Part shown: positions 51,101 through 64,000 of the stretch, piece after piece
How the letters are laid out: every line of letters begins with the position of its first letter
Position numbering within the stretch: the first letter of the stretch is position 1
Origin: Utricularia gibba
Lineage: Eukaryota; Plantae; Magnoliophyta
NCBI GenBank assembly: GCA_002189035.1
Contig: NEEC01000009.1
Coordinates: 62,001 to 126,000, forward strand
Direction of reading: 5' to 3'
Length of the DNA stretch: 64,000 nucleotides
The notes under the pieces: model-generated
Database searches by the model: none
Told to the model about the DNA's origin: nothing
Seen by the model: the letters and a program-made list of their open reading frames with translations, nothing else
Made by a program: the position numbers and the translations under genes

Positions 51101-53413
51101 AGTTGCAATTTCAGGTACGGATCAAGACAAGATGACTTTTACTTGTCCATTTGGGACATATGCCTATAGAAGGATGCCCTTTGGGTTGTGCAACGCCCCT
51201 GCAACCTTTCAGAGGTGTATGACCAGCATCTTCTCAAACTTTGGTGAGGATTTCATTGAAATTTTTATGGACGATTTTACAGTGTATGGAGAAGATTATG
51301 AGTCATGTTTAGACCATTTAGATCAGGTTTTGCGAAAATGTGTTGAAAAAAATCTTGTTCTCAATTCTGAAAAATGCCATTTTATGGTTGATCATGGAAT
51401 TGTGCTTGGCCATGTTATTTTTAGGAAAGGTATTGAGGTAGACAAAGCAAAAATCGAAATTATGACTGAGTTACCGTATCCAATTGATTTTAAAGGTGTG
51501 AGATCATTTCTGGGGCATGTAGGTTTTTATAGAAGATTTATTCAGAATTTTTCTAAGATTGCCTTGCCTCTTAGTAGACTTTTGCATAATGATGTGGAAT
51601 TTATTTTTGATGATTCATGCAAAAATGCTTTTAATTGTTTGAAAGAGGCTGTGACCACTGCTTCTGTGATACAACCACCAAACTGGAGGTATGATTTCAA
51701 AATTATGTGTGACGCTAGCAGTCATCCTGTAGGGGCGGTTTTAGGAAAGAAAATTGAGGGGAAACATCAGGTTATTACTTATGCCTCTAAAACCTTAGAT
51801 GATGCCCAAAAAAATTACACTGTGACTGAAAGGGAATTTTTGACTGTGATTTTTGCTTTGGAGAAATTTCGTTCATATCTTTTAGGGAGCAAAGTTGTGG
51901 TCTACACAGACCATTCAGCAGTAAAACACTTGATGGAGAAGAAGGAGGCCAAACCACGGTTGATCAGATGGGTTCTCCTTGTCTAGGAGTTTGATGTGGA
52001 AATTAAAGACAGGCCTGGAAAGGAGAACATGGAAGGGCTGAGGACTGAAAATCCTATCACTGAAACGTTTTCGGATGAACAATTATTCTTAGTTAGGACT
52101 AATATTCGTGAACCGTTGCAGACTTGGCTAACTTTGTTTTAGCAGGAGTGATGCCACCAGGAATTGATTATCACATGAAGAACAAACTGAAAAGTGATGC
52201 CAAATATTATATTTGGGACGATCCCTATCTTTGGAAGAGATGCAATGATGGTGTCATTAGAATGTGTGTTCATGAGTTTGAAATTCCTAAAATTATCAAT
52301 TTTTGTCATGCAGGACCCTTTGGTGGCCATCATGGACCAAATCGTTCAGCCAGAAAAATTTTGGACTGTGGATTCTACTGGCCTCACATCTTCAGAGACT
52401 GTTACACTTATTGTAAGGGTTGTGAGCCATGCCAAAGAGTGGGAAATTTATCCAATAGGGACGAAATGCCTCAGCAAGGAATCCTAGTATGTGAATTATT
52501 TGATGTTTGGGGCATTGATTTTATGGGGCCATTCCCCATCTCTGTAGTCTACAACTATATTTTAGTGGCTGTTGATTACGTCTCAAAGTGGATTGAAGCC
52601 ATTCCTACAAGGACAGATGACGCAAAGACAGTGATCAATTTTCTGCGTAGCAACATTTTTGTGCGATATGGCACTCCCAAGACGCTGATCAGTGACCGAG
52701 GTATGCATTTTTATAATCAGGCCTTGAGAAGTGTATTGAAGCAGTTCAACGTCTGGTATAAGCCATCAACAACATACCATCCACAAACAAATGGCCAAAC
52801 GGAGGTATCAAACAGGGAGAATAAACAGATTTTGGAGAAAGTGGTAAACCCGAACAGGAAGGACTGGAGTTTGAGACTGAGGGATGCTTTATGGGCAATC
52901 CGAACAGCATATAAAACACCAATTGGGACCTACCCATTCAAGTTAGTTTATGGAAAACCCTGCAGGTTACCTGCAGCATTAGAGCACAAGGCTTGGTGGG
53001 CAGTGAAGAGGCTAAACCTTGATGAAAGTCTTAGTGCAAGCCAAAGAAAATTGCAGCTCTCAGAACTGGAAGAGCTGAGAAATGATGCGTATGAAAGCTC
53101 AAAATTATTCAAAGCTAGGACTAAAAGTTACCACAACAAGCATATTTCCAGGAGGTACTTTGAAGTTGGTCAGAAAGTTTTGTTGTTTCAATCCACACTG
53201 AAGTTACACCCAGGGAAACTCAAATCTCATTGGACTGGACCATTTGTAGTGAAAGAAGTTTTCCCAAACGGAACAGTGGAGGTTTATGATGAAGGAACTA
53301 ACACAAGTTTTATGGTGAATGGACATAGGTTGAAGATTTTTTATGAAAATCTTCAAAACAGGTTTGCTGAAGAAGTTGAAGTTCTTGTCCTAAGGGACAC
53401 AGACACAACGTAG
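48102..53413 (+). pseudogene. Athila gag-pol, disrupted
   Basis: gag MHLRSSG..LVFHPKIERT and RAFQFTLEGSAKTWF; protease ADLGASVNMM; RT FMDDF; RH MCDASSHPVGAVLG; INT VWGIDFMGPF and YHPQTNGQTE. In-frame TAGs at 48714, 49326 and 51984; frameshifts near 49535, 50000 and 52100. Confidence 0.9.
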
Positions 53414-53751
53414 AGTTTGTTGAAGGTCTAGTCCAGGACTGAAAACAGGGACGCTCTTGGGAGGCAACCCAAATTTAATTTATGTAGTTTTATTTTCCTA
53501 TCATTTTACGTTTGCACTTTAAGACTTAGCAAAGAGTTATTTTGAAAAGTCTTTATTGTGTTCATGTTGCAGAAAAGGGAGTTACATTGCAGTTACATGA
53601 AAGTAACATACAGGGGTCGCAACTGACTGTCGAGATTTTACAGATTTACCCTCAAACCCTTGGGGAATTTGGGGGTAAATCTCCTTGTAACATTCACTTT
53701 GTTCAAAGGTTTCACTTGCTCCTGAGAATTGTAGAGGGAAGAGCTAGCAAG

Positions 53752-55599
53752 ATGCCTGCAAAACGCTAACACCAGAGCACTGCTGCTGCGAAACCCAGCA
53801 AGAAAACCGCATCAGAGAGTAGTAAGCGCAAGAAAACTGGGAAGGACGGTGGAATTGCTCCTACCCGGGAACAAAACAAGGCTGTAAATGTTGGAGAAGA
53901 GCAGTTTCAGGGAGTTGATGCTCTCCTGCATGCAGCGACTCTAGGCAGAAATCCTTCTCAGGGAATAGTAGAACCTCCTGTGGTGGAACGAAGAAGTCCA
54001 AGACTGAAGGCACCCACCAGCCCTGACCTTCAGCAAAAATTGAGAGAATTACAAAGGAGTTACAAAGGAAAGGGAAAATTGGTGGTTGAAGAAACATCTG
54101 TTGAACAACCTCCGATTGTGTACCAGAAAAAGGAGAAGGGAAGAAAGAGCCAAAGGAAGTAACAGGAAGTCACCATGCACACTACACTTGAAGAAGAAAT
54201 TCCACTAGCAGAGGTGGAAGAAATCCTAGAGATTGCAGAGCAACCAACCGAAGAAGAGGAAGCCGAAGCTGGGGAAGCAGAACAAGTTCCAGCAGAAAGT
54301 GAGGAGCCAGCCACACCTACTTCTACAATAGCAGGAGAAGAAGAGGATGACCAAAATCTGGTTGTAAAAAGAACAAGGAGCAAAACAAAGCAGCAGCAAG
54401 AACCTGAACCAGAAATAGAGGAATTGGAGAAAAATGCCAGTGAGGAGGAGGAACAGGTACAAACGAAAAGAGAAAATTTTTTACCTAACCTTATCCCGTT
54501 GTTCTTGAGTTCAGGTAAGCTTGAAGAGGAAGAGAAAGGGAAATCACAACGAAGAATGACTAGCAAGGGCATTCCTTATTTTAAGCAGCATGCAGAGATG
54601 TTAAACATAAAATATCTTCAGTTTAAGGATGAAGAGTTCGCCACCAGGTATGATGAGGTAAAAGGGACAAAGGTGATGTCTTGCCGCATCATCGATTATG
54701 AGATCTTGGTGGAATTGGGAATAGCTACTGAAGTTTACTCGCTGCTTGAAAATTCTGGGCCGCCAATTTTGTGTGATATGAATTACCCTTCTTATGTTGA
54801 ACTTGTATATGAATTTGCTTCCACATTCTGTTATGAAAAACCAGAAACTGTGATTACACCTGGAGCAATTACATTTAGGTTGTTAGGAAAAGAATTTTCC
54901 CTCTCGATTGCTGAATGGTGTGTAACCTTAGGATTCTGCTCTGAGCAACATGTCGACTTGCATGTGTTCGCCACCTCCTTATTTGATTATCCTGATGATT
55001 TCAATGCTGAGGAAGTGTATGAGATGTTAACTAGTCAGCATGTGATAGAATTTAAACCTAAGGGTGCAAAAGCAGATTTATTTACAGAACCTGCTGCACG
55101 ATATGTCCATTTGCTGATTTCTTCCGTGCTATTTGGAAGAGCTCTAGGATTCAATACACTATATAAACGTGAATTATTTGTCATGTGGTGTTTGTTGCAC
55201 AAGAAATCATTGAATCTAGGGGCAGTTTTAGCTGAGCAATTGAACAGAGACTATCGGCGAAGCACCATCAATCATCTCGGGTTTGGTAATGTAATCACTC
55301 TCCTTGCTCAAAGACTGTGTGCTGATCGAATTCATGAGCTAGAACATTTTCATGTGGAGACAAAAATATTCCCTTTGAATGCTCATTTCCTTAAAATCGC
55401 TGGATTAATCCAAGCAAAGGGGAGTAGTTTTGTGTTTAAATCTCTAGCAGGAATTTGCAACAACTTGCCTGCACCGAAAGCAAGAGCAGGGACTTCTTGA
55501 CAAGGAAAGGACTGCTGCTGCAAGGAAAGAATTGATATGCTTTATGACAGGCTAGGGGATTTGTTAAGGGAAGTGAAGGAACTGAAACAGTGCAACTAA
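53752..55599 (+). pseudogene. Athila additional (env-like) ORF, about 615 codons with three premature stops
   Basis: A single frame from ATG 53752 through TAA 53767, TAA 54160 and TGA 55498 to TAA 55597. Basic N-terminus, Glu-rich middle, YPSYVELVYEFASTF...ITFRLLGKEFSLS domain and a C-terminal coiled-coil-like tail. Confidence 0.75.
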
Positions 55600-55685
55600 G
55601 CTATAGAAGGCAAGAATATCTTCTTTCTACTGGTACTGGATTTAGTGTAGTCTTTAAAACAATTGTTGATTCATGATAACTTTTT

Positions 55686-58600
55686 TGCACTACATATATG
55701 TAATTTCTTCAGTCTGCCCATTGCTTTTTATTACTCCCATTAGCCGCTTGCATAGCTCTATTTCTTGCTCTCTGTGCTTTAGCATGTGATATGTAACCTT
55801 CATCTTCCTACAAACATGTTCATAAAATTCTTTGAGGCCACACTTTGGATGTGGGGCCATGTATTGTGCAAAATACCAACTGAGCCAATGAGACTTCATC
55901 CCTTTCCGTGTATGCCTCCTACCACATATTGTATACTTGGGATTAAATCTTTTCACTACCCAACCACCAACACTTTTCCTTTTGGTTACTATAATGAACC
56001 AATCACAATCCTTTACCCTACATTTGACTGTTAATCGCTCATTATCATTTGTTGGAAAGTAGATATCTTTCATTTCTCTAAAGAAATAGGTTTGTATAGC
56101 CAACTTAGCCTCCTCTTTAGAACTAAACCTCAAACCAAGTGTCAGCTTGGGTCTAAATCTATCTCTTTTCGAATTAAACATATTTAATGAATTTTTTGTC
56201 TCTTTATCATCTTCAAAATTCATACTTTGCAAATTTTCCTCATCAGCATCACCTTCTTAATCATCAAAAAAAATCTTTTCTGAATCAAAAACTTTATGCA
56301 GCAACTAAGATGAGTCATCCTCCATATTTTGACCAATGTTCATATTTTCCTGTTGACTTCCAACAGCGGAGTTTACCATGCTATCAGCTATGAAATCATT
56401 TCTTTCCACATTTCCATTGTCAATTGGCATTCTTAATAGTTCCTCATAAAAAAACTGCTCCAATCTTAGCTTCATTAGCAATTTCCATAGCCTCAAACAA
56501 GTCATCCCTACCTGTAGATTTACCAACATTTTCAGTTTGCATTTTCTCAAAAATGTTTGAACCAAAAGCAATTCCTTTATTACCGTGTTGCTCAGTCAGA
56601 TTATCACACTTAATTGGAGCTGCACCCACATCATGGGCATCCATATGTCCTGTTTCTTCATGATCATTATAAAATTCATTGATCCAAAATTCTATATCAC
56701 TTGCTACATAATTTATACTATCATCTTTAGTTTCTTCATCAATCATATTTCATCTAGAAGCCAAAGGGTCAATGGCACAAACATTAATAGTCCTTGCTTG
56801 TCTATGACTGTCACTATCCTTTCTAAATATCTCATCTACTTCTTGTGATTGCTTTTATGTACAATCCATATGACAATATAATAATGCGAAAATCTAAAAA
56901 ATATTTAACAAACTACACCTCATAGTGGCACATAATATATTCCAATCTAAAACCACAAAAGTATGATATATAAACAATATATTATATGTTCATATCATCA
57001 AGTATCATTATATAATCCACGAAAAAAATACCAAGCATCTAAAATTAGAGAATCGAAATACCTATCATTGAAGGCTCTTTTATTTGAATCACCTCTTCTA
57101 ATATCTCCAATTGTGCTGTCTGCTTCGGTTGTTGCCTTGGCTTCAGACTTTTCTTTTTTTTAAGTTTACCATCTTTTGAATTGCTACCATGGTTGCTATG
57201 GTAAGCATCCAATAACCTTTTGGAACAAAATTGCTTGAAACTACTGAGCTTTTGTAGGTTTTGCACGAAATCTGCCTTTTCAGTAATGCCACTAGTTTTT
57301 AAAGTGGCCTCATCGATAGGGGTATCAATGTAGATCTACAAGGGTCCTAATTGATCAAGAAGCTCTATGCATTCTTTAATTTCAGCTTCATCCAATATAC
57401 GCCTTGGGTTATCAATGGCTTTCATCCAAAACTCACAATTATCTTCATGTGGATATCCATAAGCAGTAGCAATATCCTATAGAAATGGAATGGTAATTGA
57501 CTTGGAGTTGTTGAGCTTAATCACCGCTTGCATTCCTCGAACATATTTCGGCCTCACCCCATCAATAATCTTGCAACCACTGAAGTTGATCGCCACCAGA
57601 ATCTAGCTATAGAACCTACTCATACCACTCATTGTGGAAACACCAAGCGAAGAAATTGGAATTGACAAAGCATTTCAAAGAACCTAAGGTTCTTCAAGGG
57701 GGAAACTTTTGTGCCCCAAGTGCATTGTCACATGCATTCCCATCAGAAAAATACACCGGAAAATATAAATGATATTTTAGGTGAAGAAAATGAACCATTT
57801 TTGCAAGAAAAAAACAAAGAGATGAACAATGAAAAAATAGTATTGTATGAGTACAAAAAATGATATTAACCCTATCTATTATATCCACATATACTATACT
57901 CATACAAACCTAATAAGCAAGCTACACTACTATTATTTATCCATAAGCCTTATAAAAACTTGTTTGATTACTGGACCTTATTTGACTCTCTTCATCTCCT
58001 AAAATAAAAATAAAAAAAGAGTGATCATGCTTTTGAATTTTAAAACAATATTTTCTCCCTTCTCATAGCCATCTAGTCTTAGCATTACTATAAAACCATG
58101 ATAGGTGAGACATAAAATGCCCTTGCCCATGGTTCTAAGGTCAAGAGACCCAACTCAGACCACATAATCACAAATTCAAGTCATACATAACATATCATAT
58201 CATATGTTTCTTGTGTAACATCTATACTTTTTGGTCTTCCACTTATACATGGTGCCTCAGACATACCTGATCTATTAACAATAGTGCTCGTGACACAACC
58301 ACATTGCTCAAAATATACATCTATATCTCCTCCATTCCTTATTAACTTGTTTATCACATAATACATAGAGATGCCTACACTACAAACTACAACCAAGACA
58401 TGCCATATAATAAAAATAATATGGGTGGCTATTCTTAGTTAACATAATCATACTTTGAAACTCAAAAATAGTTTTCTAAAATAACACTAAATAACTTACT
58501 CTGCTGTTAGAATCTTCAAGCAACATAAAAATTTTATGAGCATTGATACAATCACATTCACAGAAATGGAAATGAAGCACTAATATCACATAGACACATA

Positions 58601-59090
58601 AGTTTGCATAAATAAGTTTCAAAAACAATAAAAGCTACAAAGTAATCATCCCACTTACCTTGACACCTTAGACTACAAATTAACTCTAAACCTTCATTCA
58701 TCTTAGGTACTATAATCTTTCCTTCAAACTTCTTCTTCTCGCCTTTGCAAAACTCGAAAATGAGTTAAAGAATCCTAAATTCCATCATATATATTCCCTT
58801 ATACACATTATCCTTATTTTTCATGCAACAACATGTGACACACATGTAAGGTGAACATGTGGTGCACATGCAAGATCAACACGTGGCACGCATATAAGAT
58901 CAACATGTGGTACCACCTCATGGTTTCGCTTGAATACATCTTATTGACTGGGCTGGTATGAAGTCAAACAAGTTAAAAATTAAAGAACAAAGTCCTTAAA
59001 GCTTGAACCCTTAGAAACAATAAGGTTAAAAAGTCTTCCAAGGACTATCCATGTTAGAGACATATTTTATGTGCCTATAGCACCCCATAA
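55686..59090 (-). mobile_element. Mutator-like element, 5' part (MuDR domain, acidic linker, PB1-like N-terminus, subterminal region)
   Basis: LTLGLRFSSKEEAKLAIQTY...NDNERLTVKCRVKDCDWFI...GGWVVKRFNPKYTIC (55690-56232) is the MuDR N-terminal domain and is collinear with the 45-47 kb piece. The right boundary and TIR are not established. Confidence 0.75.
58829..58914 (+). repeat. Degenerate 24-bp tandem repeat, about 3.5 copies
   Basis: Units start at 58829, 58853, 58877 and 58901: CAACATGTGACACACATGTAAGGT / GAACATGTGGTGCACATGCAAGAT / CAACACGTGGCACGCATATAAGAT / CAACATGTGGTACC. Confidence 0.85.
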
Positions 59091-59099
59091 CTTGATTAG

Positions 59100-59760
59100 T
59101 TTGAGCCAATTAATAAGCAAAAATCTTAAAATTACTTTCATTGGTTAAAGTTTGAGTTGCATTGTTGTTTGCTCCTCCCCTTAGGTTTACACAAGAAATG
59201 TTAGAAATGAAAACTATATACAAAGTGGTAGATTATCTCATAAACCCTAATCCACATCACATTCTTACACCTTAAGGCATTCCTAAATTTAACTACTCAT
59301 GTATGATAGGTAAAGAATGATCTCATCAAGATAAACTAACGAAAATATTATAAGCATCATGAGATAAATAGTAATAGAGACTAAATATCTAGCAAACTAA
59401 AAACAAAATAAAATAGTTCTATTTCCCATCTGTTGATGTTCATGGCCATTAATAGTAGTACTAAACTGAGTTTGGATGCTCGTTCTTCATGCAAGAGGTT
59501 TTTCTTCTAAAAAATCGTTTTCTTCCTTCCTTCTCTTTCTTGTGTTCTTCCTGTGTTGATGCTCTAGAATGAAACTCTCTCCTGCATTTTCTCTCTTGTC
59601 CAAAATATCTTATTTTCTTCTTTTTCCAATGCAAGTAATGTTTCTAACAATCGCACTGTTTTTGCCTCTAACTTGTAGTCTAGTGGCAATTGAATATCAA
59701 TTATGTTACCTCCTTGTGTTTTGCACCTATCGACTTATGATACAAACTAGCTAAATTTAA
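59100..59760 (-). repeat. Degenerate Athila-type LTR fragment
   Basis: Minus-strand CATGAGTAGTTAAATTTAGGAATGCCTTAAGGTG (59269-59301) resembles ATGAGTGGCTAAGTATTTAGGGGTGCCTTAGGGTG in the 7337 LTR, with a similar purine-rich block upstream. Confidence 0.5.
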
Positions 59761-62700
59761 TCTCTAATGTTGCTACTAACACTAATTAGAATATTATAAA
59801 TCATAATATAGACTAAATCATCAATTTAATCTATATGATACATAAAAATACAAATAATGTTATAATTAAAAAAATATTAGAAATTACAATTAAAATATCT
59901 AAGTTTATCATTAAACATCCTAATTTATAACTTAAAAATACTGATAAAATATGTGTTATCATAAATCTAAGGCCCGCTTAGTTGTAAAAGGATTTACACA
60001 ATGAGAAAGAATAGACTATGAAGACACCTTCACTCAAATGTCAAGAGTTAACACCATAAAACTCGAAATTGCAATTGCAGCCTGCATAAATTGAAGAAAA
60101 CTGAAGAAGAAAACCCCTGCCTGTCCAAAATTCCGAGCAGATTTGATTTGGGAATTGATGAAGGCCACACAACTTGCTCATGCTGCCAAGATTCTTTGAT
60201 TTGCTCCATCAAAGGGAGGATGTTGAACCTGATTACAACATTTGATGGAGCACATTCTCAGGGAAGAAGAGAGGCATTGGAAAGAATGGAAGAGATAATC
60301 CCATGAGACAACATGAGTCAAGACTCTTGTACTCATGAAAAAAATTAAATCTATTCAGGTCCAACCCAAGTTTTCAACTACATCACACACAGCCATCCTT
60401 CCACCAATAGTTACCTTAGAGCTAGGTCACCATTGCTAATAGTATTAGGCAACTCAATTTCATGTGTCTAAATAGGAGTAGTCTTAAACTCAAGTAATAT
60501 GGAAAATGAACCTGAACAAAATACATTCTCAAAGTCTGTTCTTTTTCTTCTTCATATATCTATTCCACTACATCCATACTTGAAGATTGTCAATTCTTCA
60601 AATTCTACCACATAGTGAAGTATTTTAATATCATGAATACAACATAGAATTAAAACTAATGGATTCCGTACGTTTAACTAATACTTTTTAAAAAAAATAT
60701 TTAAATATAATTAAGAATTGTTGAATTCAATTTAACTTTAACTTATTAGAAAAAAATTACAAAACAGTTGAACGCATACTTAAAAAAGTGTCATCGCGTC
60801 ATCCCCATATGCTCGGTCTCGAAGATCGCAATGGAGGACACAATAAATATTCCACCCAACTGTAGAGATAACTTTATATAAAAAAAAAAAGGGTGGGGAC
60901 AGAAATGATGTCACTGAGGCGTGGGGAAATTTTCATAAATGTAAATTTGTCCCCCAATAAATACGAAATTACAAATCTCATCATTATAATTTTATATAAT
61001 GGCATGGTACAATTTGAAATGATAAACGGCAGTGAATGGATTCGATTGTGCAACTGTAACGCACCTCATAAAGTAGGTGAGATCTAAATAAAAATGATAC
61101 TACATATTTTAATTTCACCCCCTTAAGTTCCAAAATTCATTTTTTGGCCCCCCAAGTAGAATCTGCTTTCTTTCTTTCTTTAGGGTCATAAATAAGCAAT
61201 AATCACATTAAATGAGTACCCTATAATAAATACCGAGGACAACACAGGGTTGAAGGTGGGGTTTGTATCTGTTCCCTTGTCTCGCCATGGGGTTTCTGTT
61301 AGGGTTCCTTAAACCCTGCCCATTTGATTTTGCCCTAAATTGAATTGGGCATTGTACTTATCTATATTCTACAGGGGAAAAGAAGAAAACCATAATGTAA
61401 AATGGCGAGAAGGATGATTTTGCATGATTCATGATGGAATAAAGGAGATGGGATTTTGTCACCTAAAATTTTGGAGTTACGCAGGTATGGGGTTTGTGGC
61501 CGTCACGGAATAAATAATTCGTCGGGAGTTTGCACAATCAATGAATGTGCCTGAATTGTTTGTTACTACACCGAGAGAATGTGGACGGTACAAAATCAAA
61601 AGCATCAAGTGAAAAATTCCACGATGAGGTTACCCATTGTCTGGATTGCTAGAGTGTAGAGTAGCAGTATCTTCCATATTCATTCGCGATAGAAGGCTTG
61701 TGCGTGGTTTTGAAGCTGGAATGGCGCCAATTAGATTCACTTCATGACATGTCGTCTCAGCTGCTTCAACTGTGTTATTATGGACGGACTATTACGGATG
61801 ACCCTCCTATCGTTAAGTTAGAGTGAATTTTTGTTAGGTTTTTTGAAGGATAAGGACTAATAACATATTTAGTTATTTCTGTAAATGCTGATGTGTATTT
61901 TCTTTATTAAGTTTACTTTACTAAGTTTTCTATTTTACTTTGTCAATTTCATGAAATGAATAGGAAAATTATAGAAAAAATATGGAATGAGGTTTCCTTG
62001 CAAAAGTCTGGTTTCCACAATGAAAAGAGACTTACTTCTTTTGATTTACATAGAATAATAAAGTTTTCTAAAATTTCTGATTTTTGTAAAAATAATATTG
62101 ATTTCCTGAAAGTCTCATCAGCATTTCCGTAAATCACAAATAAAAGATGGTCAGAATGACTTCATCATCCAGTCGATGCGTCTTTGCTGGGTGACACAGC
62201 CGGTTTCTGAAACCTGCAAATTTTATGAAAATTTTGGCAGTTTTACTTTAACCCCACCCAAGTAACAAAGAAATTACCACCTCAGTACAAGTCGTTGCCA
62301 CATTGAATGTACACACTTTTGGGCCACATGGCAGGAAATCATTATAGATGAATGTACAGCCGATGCGAGTGGTTGAAACGACATAAATAATTTTTATTGT
62401 GCTTCGTTTCTTAGAGCCATGCAGAGTTCGCCCCCACAGCATTTACATCCACCCACATGCCATGGCGCATCGGGGTTTACCATAAGATGAGCCTCAGGCG
62501 CGTGCACCTCTGGTTGGGGAGGGCACAGCATGACAGACAGATGCCAAATATATAATCAGTATATGTTGGGTATTTGTTGTGTTTTGTGCATGCGCTAATT
62601 GTGCAAGTCGCTGAGATTGTGATCAAGCAAACCTGAGCATTCTTGAGTTATAGATGGTAAACGATAGGGATTGATGATTAGGTGTCTAAGGACAACGTGA

Positions 62701-62984
62701 TCATTGCCCTCTCTGATGTACGACTTTACCTTCTTCTTCCCTCCATTACCTTCTCAAACCACCATTCATTCCTATTCTACTCTTTGGTGTGAGACTGGTT
62801 TGGGGTGTGGGTTTGAGCCTGGGACTCAGGACCGTGGCTGGCTGCTGTGGTAACTGTAACTCCTTTTGTTTGCCACCGCATCTCATTTATGAAACTCCAC
62901 CATCCAAGCTTCTACTGTGTATATATTACCTGGTACCATGGCACAAAAACCAACATCCATCACATTATTCACCTTTCGCTCACA

Positions 62985-64000
62985 ATGTTCTCCTTTGAGT
63001 CCATGGTGCCTCTTCTCCCTATTGTGCTTGCTCTTGCCTCCGTAGCCAGCCCGGCCGAAGGTCGAGCATTCTTCGTCTTCGGGGACTCTCTAGTCGACAA
63101 TGGCAACAACAACTACCTCGCAACCACAGCTCGTGCGGATTCGCCTCCCTACGGCATCGACTATCCTACTCACCGTCCCACCGGCCGCTTCTCCAATGGC
63201 CTCAACATCCCTGATATCATCAGTAAGCATTACTTCCCTCTCCCTATCCTTTCTATCTATATGAACGTACTTTGATGTTAAGTAGGAAGCGAAGGGAAGA
63301 TGACATCTAAATTGATACAGGTGAGAGACTGGGAGCAGAGTCCACTGAGCCATACTTGAGCCCTGCCCTCAGGGGCCAGAAGCTTCTTGTTGGTGCCAAT
63401 TTCGCCTCTGCAGGAGTTGGGATCCTCAACGACACCGGCTTCCAATTTGTAAGTGGATTTGACATTTTATAAGGCAAAAGTAGAACTAGGCTTACGCCAA
63501 AGCTTGCTCATGTGTTGGTTCCTTGCAGCTGAATATCATTAGAATTTACAAGCAGCTGGAGTACTTCCAGCAATACCAGACGCGTGTAGCTCAGCTGATA
63601 GGCCCTGAGAATGCAAAAAACCTAGTGAACCAAGCACTTGTCCTTATCACCCTGGGAGGCAATGACTTCGTCAACAATTACTATTTGGTCCCATTCTCAG
63701 CAAGATCGAGACAATTCGCTCTCCCTGACTACGTCCCCTACATCGTCTCTGAATACCGCAAGATCCTACTTGTAATTAGCTACACCTTTGTTTTTTTCAT
63801 ACAAACTAATGTAAGAAATACTAACTTCGTTCCTGCGAGTGCAGAAACTGTACGATTTAGGAGCCAGACGGGTCCTTGTCACCGGAACCGGACCCTTGGG
63901 TTGCGTGCCCGCCGAACTGGCGCAGCGCAGCCGGAACGGAGAATGCGACCCGGAACTCATGCGTGCTGCCACCCTCTTCAACCCGCAGTTGCAGGCACTC
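62985..64000 (+). CDS. GDSL esterase/lipase (LTL1-like), 3' end outside the window
   Basis: Exons 62985 (or 63003)-63222, 63321-63448, 63529-63771 and 63845-edge splice in frame: signal peptide, [39 protein letters not shown] and TGPLGCVP. Confidence 0.93.

Larger units (their letters stand above)
46962..55685 (+). mobile_element. Athila-lineage Ty3/Gypsy element (5' LTR to 48050, tRNA-Asp-type PBS, gag-pol, env-like ORF); 3' LTR missing
   Basis: LTR end CGTTTATCA at 48050; PBS TGGCGCCGTTGCCGGGGA at 48054-48071; no second LTR after 55599. The LTR start is estimated by alignment to the 7337 LTR. Confidence 0.88.

Noticed and set aside
61200-62520. Possible DNA-transposon remnant upstream of the GDSL gene
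   Set aside because: No paired TIRs, TSD or recognisable protein motif found.
1-64000. The many 60-170 aa ORFs in the track that are antisense or frame-shifted to genes and TEs (for example 54060-54572, 50342-50779, 35113-35391)
   Set aside because: Shadow ORFs of real coding sequence or low-complexity DNA with no independent motifs.
1-64000. CRISPR arrays, rRNA/tRNA genes, prokaryotic defence operons, endogenous pararetrovirus or organellar insertions
   Set aside because: None seen. Tandem repeats lack unique spacers, and all RT domains fit Copia or Gypsy layouts.

Overview
Eukaryotic (angiosperm) nuclear DNA with GT-AG introns; the species cannot be determined from the sequence. Seven host genes sit among nested transposon debris: a BLE2-like ARM-repeat protein, an AWPM-19/PM19-like protein, a Bax-inhibitor-1/Lifeguard-like protein, AP-5 complex mu subunit, a group I WRKY (apparent frameshift), a KORRIGAN-like class A GH9 glucanase (frameshift, in-frame deletions, altered catalytic residues), and a GDSL lipase running off the right edge. 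From 1-15.7 kb the nest is: Copia inside Copia; a CRM-type (centromeric) Gypsy whose two LTRs point in opposite directions; a PIF/Harbinger whose Myb/SANT ORF is split by an Athila-type solo LTR; an old Copia; and a second CRM solo LTR. A near-complete Copia lies at 21.8-26.7 kb. At 45-59 kb a Mutator-like element is split by a 3'-truncated Athila with an env-like ORF. The most unusual item is a decayed third gene inside the Harbinger that appears to join a Transposase_28-like domain to the start of an FCP1/NIF-type HAD domain. No rRNA, tRNA or CRISPR was found. All domain calls are by-eye motif recognition without database searches, and TE boundaries lacking a TSD are approximate.
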